Shown piece by piece: positions 60,730 to 64,000 of a stretch of 64,000 nucleotides of DNA. Origin of the DNA: an uncultured delta proteobacterium (lineage in GTDB: Bacteria; Myxococcota; Myxococcia; Myxococcales; Myxococcaceae); NCBI GenBank assembly GCA_963771175.1, contig CAVYSY010000057.1, positions 128,001 to 192,000 of the forward strand. Reading direction: 5' to 3'. A program made the translations under genes and the position numbers. The notes beneath the pieces were generated by a model. It was not told where the DNA came from and did no database searches. It saw only the letters and a list, made by a program, of their open reading frames with translations. Position 1 is the stretch's first letter. Every line of letters begins with the position of its first letter.

Positions 60730-60927
60730 CCCTACTTCGTCGACCACCCGCTCTGGCTCGCCGCCTACTCCCAGCAGACCGAGCCCAAGCTGCCCAAGGG
60801 TTGGAAGCGCTGGAACTTCTGGCAGTACACGGAGAGTGGGAAGGTCGCGGGCATCTCCGGCTCGGTCGACCAGAGCTACCTCAACGGCAGCCTCGAGGAG
60901 CTCAAGGCCCTCATCGCCGCGAAGTAG
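60730..60927 (+). pseudogene. C-terminal fragment of a GH25 lysozyme/muramidase
   Basis: PLWLAAY...WKRWNFWQYTESGKVAGISGSVD...NGS; in-frame stop at 60676-60678 upstream and no start codon. Confidence 0.75.
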
Positions 60928-61447
60928 GGCGTGGACGCTCCGGGGGCTCAGAAGACGCGGTAGACCTGACCGGTCTGATGGACCTCTCGAACATGTCCTC
61001 TTCACGTCATGGCACAAATGTCTTTGCATTGGTGTCGGCAGACTTCATGGCATGAACACCCTGCACACCCGCGAAGTCTTCAGCGGCCTCGCTGAGCATC
61101 TGTCGCCAACCTGACTGTTGACTCGATCGTGGATTGACAAGACCGATGGGTCCGTCTCCCTCTCGTCCTCTATTTTTCTGCCGTCCTCAAATTTCTGCTT
61201 TTCTGACACTCTTAAACTCTGACACCAAGACAGTCGGCAGGCCCTCAAATGCGAACTTCCTCACGGGAAATCTCCATTCGCGATGAAACGATATGAGTGC
61301 CACGCGTTTCTATTGACTGGCTGAAATCGATCTTTATATTAATCTGCACTTTCCCTGTTTTTGGAATATCCAAGACCTCCTGGGATGTGCGGACCACGGC
61401 ATGTCGGCGACCCCGGGGCCATCCTCTCTGTTTTTCCCTCAAAGCTC

Positions 61448-63082
61448 ATGAACACAAATCAGATCTCGGACGAGAACGACGGCAGGGTGCGGAAGCTCAT
61501 CATCGTTGGCGGTGGAAGCTCGGGCTGGATCGCGGCGGCCTATCTAAGCAAGGCATTGAATTCCAATGTCGCCATCACCCTGATCGAGTCCCCCACCATC
61601 GGCAGGATTGGTGTCGGCGAGGCCACCATTCCGACCATCAAGGAAGAGCTGTTCGACTTCCTCGAGATTCCCGAAGAGGAATGGATGTCGGAGTGCAAGG
61701 CCTCGTACAAGCTGGGCATCCGATTCCAGAACTGGAAGCGGCCGGCCTCCGAGGGCGGGGACCATTACTACCACAACTTTGGTGAGATACCTTCGGTGAA
61801 GGGCGTGCCCCTCTCGCACGTCTGGATGTACAAGCACCAGCTGCAGGGCTATGCCAAGCCTCTCGACTACTCCTGCTATCACGCCTCTGTCATCAGTGAC
61901 GCCAGGAAGTCACCGCGCTATATGGACGGGACCAAGGCCGTCCACTATGCATACCACTTCGATGCGTTGCTGATCGCCGAGTACCTCAAGAAGTGGTCCA
62001 TCGAGCGGGGGCTCACCCACATCACCGACGACATCGTTGGCACGGAGCTGGACGAGGGTGGCGACATCCAATCCCTGCGCGGTGCCAGCGGGCGCAAGTA
62101 CGAGGCGGACCTCTACGTCGATTGCACCGGCTTCGCGGGTCTGCTCATCGAGAAGGCGCTTGGCGAGCCGAAGATCAACTTCCACGACTGCCTCCTCACC
62201 GACCGCGCCGTCGCCATCAACATCCCCTCGGACTCCGAGGTGGAAGGCATCCGCCCCTACACGAGCGCCAGCGCCTTCAGCTCCGGCTGGACCTGGGAGA
62301 TTCCGCTCTACAACCGCGCCGGCAACGGTTACGTCTATTCCAGCGCCTTCCAGACAGCCGACGACGCGGAGCGGGAGATCCGTGCCTGGTTCGGCAAGAA
62401 GGCGGAGAAGCTGGATGCGCGTCACATCAAGTTCGTCTCGGGCAGGCGTCGGCGCTCCTGGGTGAAGAATTGTGTGAGCATCGGCCTGTCCAGCAGCTTC
62501 CTCGAGCCGCTGGAGTCGACCGGCCTCTATTTCGTCTACGCCGCGCTGTACCAGTTGGTGGCCTTCTTCCCGAACAAGGTCATTGATCCGGCGCTGCGCA
62601 ACAAGTTCAACGAGCGCGTGGCCTACATGGTGGATGACGTGCGCGACTTCATCGTGCTGCACTTCTGTACCTCCCCGCGCACCGATACGCCGTACTGGCG
62701 GGCCAACCAGAACGAGCTCAAGCTGCCTGATACGCTCAAGGAAGTCCTCGAGCTGCAGAAGGCGGGCATTCCCATCCGGAAGAGCTACCACTCGAACAAC
62801 TCGCTGTATGACTCCTTCGAGGCGGGTTTCGACAGGTTCTGGACCAACAGCAACTTCCAATCCATCTTCGCAGGGGTTAACTACCTGCCGAAGCAGCCCA
62901 TGCCGCTGCTGCGGCACCGGACGGACATCCTGTTCGAGGCGGAGCGGGTGTTCGAAGACCTCCAGCGGAAGACGGACCAGATGATGGCCCAGTTGCCCAC
63001 GCAGTATGAGTATCTCACCTCCCTGTACGCCAAGGGCAGGAATGGCGGCCAGGCCGCTCTGGCAGCGAAGCTGGCAGGCTGA
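61448..63082 (+). CDS. prnA: Flavin-dependent tryptophan halogenase (PrnA-like)
   Basis: GGGSSG, GVGEAT, catalytic K in YKLGIRF, WTWEIP, FLEPLEST; adjacent prnB. Confidence 0.88.
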   Translation: MNTNQISDENDGRVRKLIIVGGGSSGWIAAAYLSKALNSNVAITLIESPTIGRIGVGEATIPTIKEELFDFLEIPEEEWMSECKASYKLGIRFQNWKRPASEGGDHYYHNFGEIPSVKGVPLSHVWMYKHQLQGYAKPLDYSCYHASVISDARKSPRYMDGTKAVHYAYHFDALLIAEYLKKWSIERGLTHITDDIVGTELDEGGDIQSLRGASGRKYEADLYVDCTGFAGLLIEKALGEPKINFHDCLLTDRAVAINIPSDSEVEGIRPYTSASAFSSGWTWEIPLYNRAGNGYVYSSAFQTADDAEREIRAWFGKKAEKLDARHIKFVSGRRRRSWVKNCVSIGLSSSFLEPLESTGLYFVYAALYQLVAFFPNKVIDPALRNKFNERVAYMVDDVRDFIVLHFCTSPRTDTPYWRANQNELKLPDTLKEVLELQKAGIPIRKSYHSNNSLYDSFEAGFDRFWTNSNFQSIFAGVNYLPKQPMPLLRHRTDILFEAERVFEDLQRKTDQMMAQLPTQYEYLTSLYAKGRNGGQAALAAKLAG

Positions 63083-63157
63083 TCTGACGAGCCCGTCACG
63101 GGCCTTTGGCGGAGACTCCTGTCTCACGCCTCCCGTGGCGGGCCTCGTATGACTTGA

Positions 63158-64000
<843 letters not shown>

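Noticed and set aside
61010..61028. Sigma54 promoter upstream of prnA (TGGCAC...TTGC)
   Set aside because: GG-to-GC spacing is 13, not the required 10

Overview
GC-rich myxobacterial chromosome segment, probably Cystobacterineae/Archangiaceae-like. This is inferred from cglD, a TIGR02266 PilZ protein, ELWxxDGT proteins and the myxobacterial-type kinase/sigma54 pair. The conserved part holds cglD, the PilZ gene, sbcCD and the zwf-pgl-gnd pentose phosphate operon. The accessory part holds a four-gene minor-pilin operon without pilY1 but with a giant ComZ-like PilX, secreted hydrolase and lectin lipoproteins, an orphan hypA, an IorAB-type molybdoenzyme next to a UraA-type permease, and a Ser/Thr kinase / lipoprotein / sigma54-activator module. 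A TetR-PHB depolymerase divergon, gene remnants and the start of a pyrrolnitrin cluster (prnA, prnB) follow. The best non-coding signal is a candidate ~85-nt sRNA at ~18125-18210. It follows a well-spaced sigma54 promoter, has three stem-loops (two with C-rich loops, reminiscent of Pxr) and has an upstream palindrome. Several genes carry frameshifts, mostly single-base insertions, that are probably sequencing errors.
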